DNA of 64,000 nucleotides from Styela clava (taxonomy: Eukaryota), in assembly GCF_964204865.1 (NCBI RefSeq), contig NC_135256.1:22196001-22260000 (forward strand), given 5' to 3'. A model generated the notes under the pieces. That model had not been told where the DNA came from. It made no database searches and worked only from the letters and a program-made list of their open reading frames with translations. The translations under genes and the position numbers were made by a program. Shown piece after piece: positions 49,740 through 63,196 of this stretch (position 1 is the first letter of the stretch; every line of letters starts with the position of its first letter).

Positions 49740-52029
49740 ATTTAGCTCCAATAATACACCCCTTTTTTAATTGTGCACAAGCGAACTGGATTAATATTTT
49801 TACCTGTTGTGTGGTGTCGTTTAATTCATGTTATTACCATTCGCATCACGTATTCGACGTGTAGGGTTATCGAAATTGTCCATGTCGTGGGCTGTTTTTA
49901 CGTATCGTTGAACTGTTGTATTTTAATTTCATTTACTTTACCCGAATTAAAAAACGTCAGAGAGTTTTGTCTTTGTGGGTTTTGTAGCAATCAGCGATAG
50001 AACTGTCGATTTCAATAGCCTGGGTCAAAACCGCTGTTTTTTGCCTTCACCTGTTTTTCGCCACTTTATAAAGTGGCCGGCTGCTACTGATTTTTCGTTA
50101 ATTGTTGAATTTGTGACATCTAAATATAAGAAGCTGATTTTATGACTGTCCTATTGTATATGAAGTTGACAGTTGGGGCCAGGAGTGGCGCAATCAATAT
50201 GTTTTTCAATATGTTCCGTCTATGGAGACTGGGCTATTAGACGTGACACACGTCTTTAATCAATGATCAGTTACAACAGCAAAACCTTATCAAATTTCAA
50301 TCGAATGTATTTTTTTACATCCAGAGGTGCACAGGTTAGATCAGCACAAACTTTAATAGTTTCTTGCACTTCCATAAATAGAAATTGCTGCATGCTACAT
50401 TAAACATAGATAAATCCATGCAATCTAAATATGAAACAGAGCAATGCTGCTCCTGGACACGGAAATCGAAACGAAGCAGTATGGTATGCAATCTTTCATC
50501 GTAGACTACCGGTACCGCAGTCGTTACGACTTCGCATGACCATAATTATTCAGTACAAATATGGCATGACACATGTTGCCCCCTTTAGTTGTATACTATA
50601 AATGAAATGTTTTAATACACCATTCAACTTACCATGACCATCAGAAAGCAGCGATCGCGAAGGCGGCACCGTCACAGGGTGCGCAATTTTTAATTACGAT
50701 GACGTCATTGCACACAAACAGTCCTGTAGTGTAGACTGTAGAGCGCACAGAAAATAAATGAATAAAAGTTATATGGCCTTCTGGCAAAAAATACAATTTT
50801 TAACCACTGAAAATTTCAAATTGGTCCTGTAGTTGATGAGAAAAGTGACGTCATCCCATAAAACTCACAGAAATATTTGAAATAAATAAAAGTAATAACC
50901 TTCTAGCGGATCTTCAACCACTGAAAATTTCAAAGCAAGTGGTACAGTAAATAGAGAGAAAGCGATTTCTTCATAACAATAGGAAGAAAAATTCTAACAT
51001 AAACAACAAGTACAACAACATAATAATAACAAAACGATCCAAGTGTACATTTCGTGTTCAATAACGAAACGATTCATAGGTACATTTCGTATGTTCAAAT
51101 ATGCATTTTGCGAACAAGAGTGGCAGAATAACTTTTTGAAAAATATGAAAATTTTATAGAGTAAATTTTTGCATATAAGCAGTTAGATCCTTATGTGACT
51201 CAAAATGCGAAAGATTAGACATTACAATATAATTTCAACGATAGAATTCAAGTCAATGATGAGCAGAGAATGTGCTCCAACAGCGGCCCCATGTCACCAA
51301 TGTAACAACAACTTTGGAACGTTGCACAGGCGCATCAAATATAAAAAACTCAAAATATTTCTTTCACAAAAGAATAGCTCATTCTCATTGACGTAATGTT
51401 GCTTTGCTTTGTATATTATTGTATTAAAAAGGACTCTGCTGTTAAGTATACAGATGTCGTACGAGTTTACCAGTTAGCTCCCATTCCCCTAAATCGGAGA
51501 GTAGCTGGTCGGAATCGACAACCATACTTCTCTTACATGGTTTCATTAGATTTTAGAGTTCTAGTAGCAGCCCTAAATAGACAGCCCTCTTCCTAAAAAT
51601 TTGTATATAAATAAAGATTTTTGTTGTTTGCCTGATTTTTAGTGTGTTTTGATTTTGTATGTACATGAATGGTGATTCTTTCATTATATTTTATTGGTAT
51701 TTTTATTAAATTCACATTGCAGCATTAATTACGAAAATAAAAGACAATTCCACTTGAAAAGAATTTGAAAATGACATTTTGCTTTATACATGAACGGGCA
51801 GTGAAATTAGTAATGGCATAATTTTTCATACAGTGACCAGAGCCATTAATGGCTCTGCAGTGACAGCTAATTTCTACCCAAGTTTGTTGAACAGATTTTA
51901 TTTTCTCTAAGGAAGCATTATTTTGACAGAATGAAGCTAAACATACATTTATGAAATATTTTTCACTTTTAAATACGATCGTTCACCATTAAATGAATTC
52001 ACTGAAAAATATACAGAATACCATTATGT

Positions 52030-52146
52030 TGACTCACTTCAAGTGCACCTCCAATAGTCGTGACGTCATAGTGGGAGGAAAATCCAAAAGTGGGGGATTT
52101 GTGATCTGGGGGCTGTGTGGTTTAGTATGGTGAAGCATTCCACGTG
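52030..52146 (+). promoter_or_regulatory. Candidate proximal promoter motifs of MB21D2
   Basis: TGACTCA (52030), TGACGTCA (52061) and CACGTG (52141) lie within ~280 bp upstream of the ATG; motif matches only. Confidence 0.35.
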
Positions 52147-52310
52147 ATTCGATTCGCCAAAATTTTGTGAATTGATTCTGAATCAACGGTTGTCTTTGTT
52201 GTGTGTATTCCAGTATTCCGGCTCGATAGATCTGCTAAGTCTTTCTGTAGTACGTTAGATACCTATCAGGAATTTGAAGGTGCCTGCATACGTCCCGCCT
52301 TTCATTTGTC

Positions 52311-55300
52311 ATGACCGATATGGACAGAGTTGATTTCAGGTAGAGTTGTTGTTCATTGTGACGTTAGTCGTTTCAAGGTTTAATTGGCTGACGTCTGGAG
52401 GCGATACAATACTGCAATAGTTTAATCTATCGCTTGTTAAAGAATTGAGATGCCGTGGCTTGCCGCCATTTCTCAGTTCATATTCAGATATTACAGATTT
52501 CTACAGTTATTATACCGGCATACAAAAATTTTTTTCAATTATGGTTGATTAGATAACTATTTGTCAACATTGTCGTACAATTTTTAAATGATTTGGATGT
52601 GAAATTTATGATTTAAAAAATTGCAAAGTTAAAATATGATTTCACATATTTACAGATCGGGGTGTGATATGAAGTCATTGGAAAATCTTGTAAATGTATT
52701 TGATGAATATGACCGACATGAATTTGATGATTGTATGGCAATGGAAGTACATTCAATGAAAGAACACATTTTCAATATATTAGGTATGTTTATATTGTAT
52801 ATTGGTTGCTGTCGATGCTACCAAGTGTACTTTAAATTACTATTTAGTTTGTGAAGGAGAAGGTTAAATTATAATTTCCTGAGTAGGGAACAGTTCCCCT
52901 ATTCCAAGATATCCCGACATTTGGTTCAATAAAACAAACTTTATTTGTCTCTGAAACAGGGGGCATCTTGAACAATGGCAGATGCGCCAGATTGTGCCAT
53001 GCTTGCCTCGATAATAATTTAAATCAATCACAACGTGCGTCGGCCACATGACCAAAATTGCGTTTATTTGCGAAAAGCTCTGGAACAGTAAAAAACTACA
53101 GTAAAATTTAAATCGGATTATTTTTTTCCAATTCAATGGTTAAATTGCACTCCTTTTTAGTTTATTGCGAATTTGATTTGTGGCACTATGGATGCCCAAA
53201 CTGTCTCGCAAAGAAGGGGTTTGCACTCTGTGTTATAATTGATGTCTTTCAATGTGGGGGCTATTCTTAGAATCTGAGAACTGTGTCGTACTGAACCTAA
53301 TGAAATGCAGCAAATTTTGCTGATGAACAAGTCTCTGTTGATATGAGAAACATTTTGAAGTTCCATTCTCCACTTGTTATACATATTATGTTTTTTAATG
53401 CTTCAGGTGATGTGCAGAAGGCTGATGGGAAACTTCCGGTGGCAAACGAATATCTTCTTCTATCAGGGGGTAGTAGAGATGGTACATTAGATGTCGAAGT
53501 AGATGCTCAGTGTGAATACACCAGGTAAATAAATTGATTGCTGTTTGAAAGTTGCTTCTTCCTCAGGCAAAGCTCCCGTTAAAACACACTGCTACATTGG
53601 GAATGAATGGTCAAAACCCAGGAGTCAATAATATAAAATATGGCAGCCACCAGTAGATTAATTTTTGACGGTGTTACAGGATGATGACAATTTGAACTCT
53701 GCTTCTCTAACTGAGAAAAAAAAAGCTAGGGCTGCATTAAAGCATGTATATTATCCGGCGTTTGTAATGAGTTTGAAATCCGGTTTTGTGATAGGCATAT
53801 GTAAAATCAAAGGACAAATTGGTATCATTTGCCATGCCATTTTCATTTGATGTCAATACTGTGCCAGATGAATTGCAAATGAATATGTTGAAGCCCAATT
53901 ATATTTTAGTTCCGATTCCGATAAACTTTTATAAAAAAAAATATGCCCAGAAATTCATCTATCCTCATCTGTATGGCAATGCAAAATGTATAATGTGCAT
54001 CGTGCATGTAATGTCAAATTTTAACTTCGTACTCGCTTGTCAAATTGCTATTTCAGCAGCATACTGCAGATATCATCAACAAAGTTGCCAGTTAATTTTA
54101 ATGTTCTGTTCATCGCCCCAAAACAGCATCCTTCAAATTGATGATAAGAAAATAAAAACGATGTATTGTATTTGATAATAAATAGGAAACGGCCACATAC
54201 ATGCCCTCATTATGACAGGCAATTAATACAGGAATAGAAGTCGCGAGTGCTCTATTATTTGAGGTTCTATGTGGCGATTACGGTAAGTGGGTAAAGTTTG
54301 GTGACCACTGGGCTAGACCTTTGGGTTTATTGGATCCCTACAAAATGATACTTTGATTTACGTTTATTTAAGTTTAAATTAAGGAAATATTCAAATTCTT
54401 ACAAGTTTTGTTTTTTTATTTATAGGGGGAATGACTTTGATCTTGATTATACTTTACTTGTTCCTATACTTAAACTTCATGATAGAAATCAACCAGTTGT
54501 TCTTGATATGCGGCATTCTACACCTTGCCATTCATGGCTGAGCTTGCGGTGAGAGTTTTTCCACTGGACTGTATGACTATTTTATATATTAGTTAGTATT
54601 TCAACTTTCTTTCATACCCATCAATTTTATCTCTAAAATATCATTTATTCTTGTTAAATGATTAATTTTCTCAAATCTCCTCATACTTTTCAAATAATTA
54701 CTCTGTAATAGAGATTAAGTTATTCTGCACAGAAATTGGTTGTTAAAATTAACTATATTATGAGGGAATATGCGAAACTGAAGTTTACCCCATGTCCTCG
54801 TCAAAATAATACTTGACAACCTATCCTCCTAGGTTTATGTAAAACATCCTAATTGCCTTCAAATTGACTGTTGTGTGCAAAGTCCAGCTCTCAGCTGTGT
54901 CCAGCGAACTGTTTTGTGTAAGTTGGAAAAGTTTATAAAAACGCGGCACAAAACAATAAAAAAAAGAAATTTATAATAAATTTCCTGTTACAGATTATTT
55001 GATGATGACACAGTAATGAAATGGGAATCATGTTGCTGCATTGTAGAACATCAAAATGAAAAGAATCATTATCTGTCGCCACCTAAAGTTTGTCAATGGT
55101 TTTCAGAAACAGTTACACAAGTAAGATTTAAAATCCAAAATGTTATGTTTTTTTAGAATGTTTTTTGATTCCTTAGAGAGAGTTTACTTAACCCTCTGTT
55201 GACAGTGAAACTAGGTCTTTGATGACTTAGTTTTTATTTTTATTGTTGATGTGAAAATTTATGACAGTGTCTAAGCTTCCATAAGAGCAGTTGTTTCTGA

Positions 55301-58300
55301 ACCACCTTTATCAAACTGAATGTTCGAGACAATAAATATCACTACACTGTTTTCTCACATTCAAGTTTGTCCAGCTGTTGATGTTGTTTTATTTTTATAT
55401 ATGTACGGCATGATAGCTTCATGCTATGCGTACTTTTTCAAATGAACATTCACTATATTGTCCTGAGATTTATATAATGATGAGATTCCTTCATCTCTTT
55501 TTTATTAGTGTCTGTTTTTATGTTTCTTATAAGCAAACTTTTTATTATATTTTTTAAAAATTGAAATTCAGGTGGTCCAGTCCATGCAAAAATCACACAG
55601 GCAAGGTGACCCTCTTATAACAGAGATTCATTCAAATGGAAGCGTAACTACTATTATACTTGCGTATGGTGGAACTCGAATTATGTATGATCTTGTTCCT
55701 GTAATATCATTTCGTGGATGGCCAGCTGTGGCAATGGGTTGGTTGACAGAAAATCATTATTGGGATGGAATCATACCAGAAGAAGAAGGTACATTGTATG
55801 TTGTAACATCATTTGTTTCCATTTGCACAACTCACAATAGGAAGATACGCTTTCTAAATTTGCGGGACTTCATCTATACAGATCAGAAAGGATTTCATAT
55901 AAACACCTCATGAACAATGTCCTATCTGAACGGCTCGGCTGCCACAAGGAACTAGCTGAGCGAGGTTTTTGTGTGACCTAAATGTTCTCTGGCATTATAT
56001 GTATATGCAAAAGTAAAGGCCTGGTATTTCACTATATTACTTCTTCCGAGTGGAAAATCATGCCCGTCTTACTGACTCAGTGTTGCTTGACGATATGGAT
56101 TTTAACTGCTCTGGACTCAGCTGCAGCCTGCAATCATTTATCGACCATAATTTATGTTGAATAGTTGTTATTGGTAAATTCCTAATATCAATTCCATTTT
56201 TTTTTCAGTGATAACAGGTTTTCATCTGGTGCCAGCATGTAGCACAGTTGGTCGCAAGGATGTTGAATGGCGTTTATCATTTTCTCGGAGTGAAGTTCAA
56301 CTGAAAAGATTCATACCAGAGGCTTTCATGAAAACATTTTATGCATTCAAGGCTATCATGAACAGAGCACTGGGGAGGCACACAAAGGTAATTGTATTAT
56401 AATTAAGCATCGCCCAAAATTGATAGAATATATTGAATCGATGTGAAATTATTTAAATTGGATATATAAATTCCTGATTTTAGTAATAACTTAGAGTGGT
56501 TTCGTTTGAAAAATTATTAATTAATGAAAGTAATTAAAACTTCCATAGCAAGACCAAAATCAAAATGCCTCATATTATAAAACTTGAAAAATGGATCATA
56601 TTGTGGTCTATCTGCATCTTCCACACATGTCCATGTTGAACGCGACCCAGTTCAGAATATTTGAATGTATTTGAAATAATAATTCAGTTTTGGCCATCAG
56701 ATGCAAGATATTGTAAAATGCATCTCTTGTAGAAGTAATATTCTTTTACTAATAAACATAAGGCATTTGCTTGGATTTATGCTATTTATGTCAATGTTGG
56801 GCCGATTAAAATTTTTGCTACCTAATATAATTTTATAGAGAATAGATGGAAATAATAGTAACAGCTGTTTCAGTATTTTACCATAAAATCCTAATCATAA
56901 TATCATTAGATTGGATTTGTGGGCTTGTTGATTGATTTTTATTTTGAAACACCTGGGTAATCATGTCATTACTTTTTGACAAGCTGGTAAAATTCAATAG
57001 TATAGCCAGTATGGTCAATTCACATCATAGGATGATACGCTGTGCACTTGTAATATCCTAAGGAATAAGTATATTATTAGGACATTTCAGATCAATGAAT
57101 AATTAAAAGGCAAGAGATTACCTCTGTTATTGTTTTATCTGTAATATTCACACAATGTTTATACTTTGAAAAACAAGTGAAGCAAAATTAATTTCTACTG
57201 TGAATTTATTACAGATTGTCAAACCTTACATATTACGAGCTTTATTATTATGGGCATGCGATCGAGTCAAACTTCAATGTCTGGCATCTGATGATAATGT
57301 CCCAGATACATTACTTGGATTGATAGATGATGTACTTCAGTGTTTATTGAGCAGGTAAATGTTACTATATAATGTTATAGGTGATATCAAAATAGCTGTT
57401 TCCTTTCTTTTCCGTATACGGTAATTATCAATTTCCTACCTTATAAATGTTCATCTGATCAAGTCTCATGTCATCCGGCCATCACTGGTGTGTGATGTGC
57501 CACCGTTATTTTACATGGTGTCTGTAACTTTACTCAGAGAGGAGTTTTCATTACCTCTGAGTGAGTCCACTATCTTCCAAAAAATATAGATGGCCGAACA
57601 ACGGCTTTGCTATTGTTTTCTTGCCATTTAAAGCAGAACTATATCTTTGAGTTTTCAAAACTTACCGGTATGTATATTAGGAAATGGATTTACATCCTGT
57701 TTTGTGGTCGTGATGTAGCAAAGCAAAACTACATTTTAATTGATTTACCTTTTGTAAAACACAAAACCTTAATATTGAAATGGTAGAAGTTGGTATTGAT
57801 ATAGCAAATTATTTTGACTATTGATCTGAAGTGTGGCCTGTCCATAAATTGGTTGTTTTTCTAGTTATTATATAGAAGTTGCTATGAATCATTTTTTTGC
57901 AAAGTAATCAGGTCGGTTAAGATAGTGTGCAAACAAAGTATGCCGTACAATGTTTGCTTATAAATAACTTTTGTTAATTTTGCAATTTCTTATCACAGAT
58001 CTTGTCCCAACTACTTCATACCGCAATACAATATGCTGAGCCATTTAGACGATCAAACTGTTTTAAAATTATGTCAAGTTGTTTTAATGGTGAGTATCGT
58101 GAGGCAATTTAAGCAAAGTACAGACACTTTCTGAAATTAAAATTGCTTTTTGAGATGTAACTGATAATGATAATATATTAACATGAGAGACTCGTGAATA
58201 AAATTGATTTAATACATGTTAATATGTATTGAAAAATACGCTCACAGCATGTGATTCAAACACATCTCCATGGAAAATTTGAGTTTTTGAATGAAGTTCC

Positions 58301-58775
58301 ATTTTTTCTCTCCGCTACAGGTTCGGAGTGATCCAGCTGAACATGTGAGAAACGCAGTTGATCAAGTGAAAGCTGCTCGGGAAATGACGAAGGAATACAG
58401 AGACAATAATTTAAAAAGAAGAACATCACTTCATAATAAACCTGCGTGAGTTAATATTAGCCTTACCCTAAACCCACAATAATGATTGGCATTTGTTTCA
58501 CTATCGAACTTAGATATTAAATATTCCTGTTGGTAATTTCTCATTCTACTCTAGTGTTTAATTTTTTATTTATGATAATCTATTCAAGAACTTAACCACC
58601 TTTCAGGCAAAATGGTGTGGGTGGTAAAGTTGGTTCAAATTCTAGACAAGAAATGGACATAGCTGAAAGGATGCGTAAATTAGTCGATGAAAATCCAGGA
58701 AAGAGTATATCTGTTTTTCTTAATCCAGAAGACGGCTCAACTCCACATTTTAGAATTGATGGAAAGTTTTATTGA
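52311..58775 (+). CDS. MB21D2: MB21D2 orthologue (Mab-21/cGAS-like nucleotidyltransferase fold), 481 aa; exons 52311-52339, 52656-52783, 53407-53524, 54426-54548, 54994-55120, 55572-55788, 56209-56387, 57215-57354, 57999-58089, 58321-58445, 58607-58775
   Basis: Phase-consistent GT-AG model with MB21D2-diagnostic peptides KLPVANEYLLLSGG, LKLHDRNQPV.LDMRHS..CHSWLSLR, YDLVPVISF.GWPAVA, EWRLSFSRSEVQLK, CPNYFIPQ, VRSDPAEH, ENPGKSISVF.NP, PHFRID.KF. Confidence 0.95.
53620..54310 (+). mobile_element. Decayed Buster/Charlie-type hAT fragment in MB21D2 intron 3
   Basis: FAMPFSFDVNTVPDELQM peptide typical of GTF2IRD2/SPIN-like transposases; right end aaagtttggtgaccactg. Confidence 0.55.
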
Positions 58776-59728
58776 GTTTCCCATCAACATAGTACTTCTG
58801 GTGTATCATAGAGAAATATCTACGCTAAAAATAGTTACAGCAAGATCGCTTGGAAAGAAGACAATCTACAGAATGTCTCCCAATGATGGAAATTAGGAAT
58901 TATTCCTCATCCAAATGTGCTAGCTAGTATTCTTGATGACAACCTGTGTTGGTGAAATTTTCAAATCCTGTATTTTTGTGCCGATTGGTTGAAGATGATT
59001 CAATCCAAACACTTATCAAACAATTCGAGAGCAATCTGAAGGGGCATGTCTCAAATATTTTGCCGTACTCTGCATTGAACCAGGCTGGGTTCCATGCTAG
59101 ATGGAGTACTGCGAGGTAGCACATATTTGAAGCTTTTGTTACAAAATATCTTGTTCTATAGATTTTATATTTATTGCACTGATTATAAGAAGCTCACTCT
59201 TATTTGTAATTTTTTGAAGCATGACTGTGTTTGTGTTTAACTTTGTACCATTCCGTTCCTCTATTACTGATTAAATAAATAAATAAATAGCCATAATCTG
59301 GATATGCTCTCATTCTCTTGCTAATGGTAGAAAAATATTACAAGCATGACACGTGAAGGTAGTCCTATGGAGGAGAAGACTAAACGCTGCTACTATCTGG
59401 ACCCTTGACTTCCATCCACATCCATTTTACACAATTGCAGTTTTTTATTATTATTCATTACAATAAATTAAGTGAATTATTTACATTGATGCCTTTTGAG
59501 CTTTTGGCACATGCACCATTCATTATTATATCTTTTCACAAGCCATCACAATAGCAGCTGTCGAAAAAACTGATATGAATTTGGTATTGAGGAGTTTGGG
59601 TCATGTTATGCTCACAGCTTACAAGAAAGACATTCATTTGCAGGGGATGTTTAATTAAAAGCATAAGCTGCCAGCGTACGGCAGCAATCATTGCACTACG
59701 TTGAGATAATAGAGTTACCGAATCTTCA

Positions 59729-60922
<1,194 letters not shown>

Positions 60923-61492
60923 TTATACAACAGGTGTTAACTATACCGAGCAGTTATTAAAACAGCTCAATACAAAAATGCCAAAAATATTTCTAAACTA
61001 AGTCCACCAACTATTATACCAATTAACAGGAATACAAATGATGATCTATATTAATTTTCACAAGCTTTAAGGCATAGGCACTGTTCAGAGCTGTTTGACA
61101 TAAATATGCAGGGCTCTGAAACGATATACACTATATCATGTTATAAGTTTCTGACAATCAATCAATGTATAATTCAAATTCAGAAGATAAAGTTTTGGCA
61201 CAAATATGTTACTAAAATTATCAATTTTTAGTCTTGATTTTGCTTTATTAATACTGAAATATCAATTTATGCAAGAACTTTCCCACAAATATAGATATTC
61301 AAGCGGTATTAGGAACCCTTTCAGCATGTCTTTTCATTAACTCCTAATTTATGATTTTATAAAATCAAATAATCTATGTATTTCAGCTTATAGGGGCAGT
61401 ATTAGGTATCAGACACAAATTGAAAATTGCTATTCTGTGGTGCTCTCAACTATTATAAATGAATAAAATCAGTTCAGTCATCTCAGTGTTGA

Positions 61493-61909
61493 TCAACTTA
61501 AATAAGTTTCCTTATTATTCATTATTTTGTCTAACATAAATTCCATTTTATTTTTCATAACCGGCTGGCCCTTTTTGGTCCATTTACTCAATTTTTGATG
61601 GTCTATCTTTTTTAATTTTTTCTTTTCAAGACGAATTCGGTTTCTTTCCTCTTGTTCCTTCAAAATTTCTTCTCTTGATTTTCGTTTTGTTTTTGATTGT
61701 TCATAGGTTTGTATTAGTCTATTAGTATTCTTTTTGGGCATTTTAGTCCCGGATGTTTGTTGATTTCTTCCCTCATTTTGTTTTGATGAATCTTGTTGTG
61801 TCTGCAATCCCTCCTTACGAAGCAGTTTTTTGTACTTGTAATATGATCTCTTTTTCAAAGGATCGTCAGCGAACTTGGATTTCTGAAGTCTTCCTTTAAC
61901 TTTACCCAT
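61493..61909 (-). CDS. CCDC59: CCDC59/TAP26 (Fyv7-like rRNA-processing family) small basic coiled-coil protein, 138 aa
   Basis: Lys/Arg-rich; N-terminal YKKLLRKE and C-terminal L.KWTKKGQPVMKNKMEFMLDKI signature. Confidence 0.75.
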   Translation of the reverse strand: MGKVKGRLQKSKFADDPLKKRSYYKYKKLLRKEGLQTQQDSSKQNEGRNQQTSGTKMPKKNTNRLIQTYEQSKTKRKSREEILKEQEERNRIRLEKKKLKKIDHQKLSKWTKKGQPVMKNKMEFMLDKIMNNKETYLS

Positions 61910-62343
61910 TGCCCAATTCGACTAACTGAACTAATAGTGTAGTGTAATATATAATGCAGTAATGCGGTACCGGTACCTTACGACTTGAAGAGAACGGTAG
62001 GTCTGATTATAATTACCGGTACCGTACTTAGTCGCGAATCACGATGCTTACACTCACGGCAGCCTAAAAGTCTGTAGCAACTTGCAAGCAGCGCATTATC
62101 AGCAATGACGCGCGTGGACGTTTCACATAGTTTCACTATAGAGGGTCAATCATTCTCTGTGGTTTCACCGACCCTTGATCCCTGAAAAATTCTTTCTATT
62201 CCTTCCCGTTGCAAAATTGTAACTACTTATTTTGAAAGTGTTTTGTAGAGTTAGCACTTACAAACTGACTCACATGTAGAAAACTATCATTTTTATTCAA
62301 AACGTTAAACCACGTGCCGCACAGGTACTGGTAGAAAATTTTA

Positions 62344-62703
62344 GGCTCGGCGGTGTGGCGCAGCGTGCTAAGCGTTAGGAATACGCTCGCCACCGCATCT
62401 CTGATAACCTCGTTGCTGATAACCCTTCGTGGGATCGCAGGTTCGAATCCCATGTGGGGATGATCATGTGCGAGAGGATTGCTGGACTCCTCGCCGCCGT
62501 AGGGTGGTTCACGTCACCGCTGGTCGGTTACGGCTTCCTCTACCATTAAGTCCATGCTTCCGAAAACAAATAACTGGCTAACTAATCCCATACCCGACCT
62601 GAACTGGTAACCGGACGAGAGGCCGTGGTTCGCCATATGATTAAGCCGTCTTATCGGCTTTCCTCTCCCCCGGGATAAATATGTAAATCCTATCCTATCT
62701 ATC
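62344..62703 (+). mobile_element. Full-length tRNA-derived SINE
   Basis: A-box-like tggcgcagcgtg, B-box ggttcgaatcc, ~250-bp body shared with at least 5 other copies in the window, (ATCCT)n tail. Confidence 0.9.
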
Positions 62704-62924
62704 ACAATCACAACGTTTGCGGTATAAATTTTAATTTAAGTATAAGTTTACTTCGACTCCATAATAAACATAACATAGTTTTTGAGCGTAGTTTTCTTGT
62801 CTAATTAAAACCTATTCTTTGGAAACGCAATTGAAAACTGACAAATAACACGTAAAACTACGAAAACGAGGCAATCTTTACAATCATGCTTGAATCAAAG
62901 TTTGTAGTCACTTTGGCTTGAATA

Positions 62925-63196
62925 GGTTCGGCGGTGTGGTGCATCGTGCGTTGAAAATACGCACACCACCTCTGATTGCCCCGTGTGGGTTCGCAAGGTT
63001 CGAATCCCATGCAGAGATGGTTATGTGCGAGAGGATTGCTGGACTCCTCGCCGTCGTTGGGTGGTTCACGTAACCGCTGGTCGGTTACGGCTTCCTCCAC
63101 CACCAAGTCCATGCTTCCGAAAACAAACAATATAACTAATCTCGGCTTATCGGCTTTTCTCTCCCCGGGATAAATATGTAAATCCTAATCCTAATC
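62925..63196 (+). mobile_element. tRNA-derived SINE with internal deletions
   Basis: Same head, core and tail as 62344-62703; lacks ~60 bp before cttatcggc. Confidence 0.9.

Noticed and set aside
62350-62452. tRNA gene (ggttcgaatccc B box)
   Set aside because: It is the head of a dispersed SINE; no clean cloverleaf and it continues into the repeat body. The small ORFs over SINE copies are likewise spurious.
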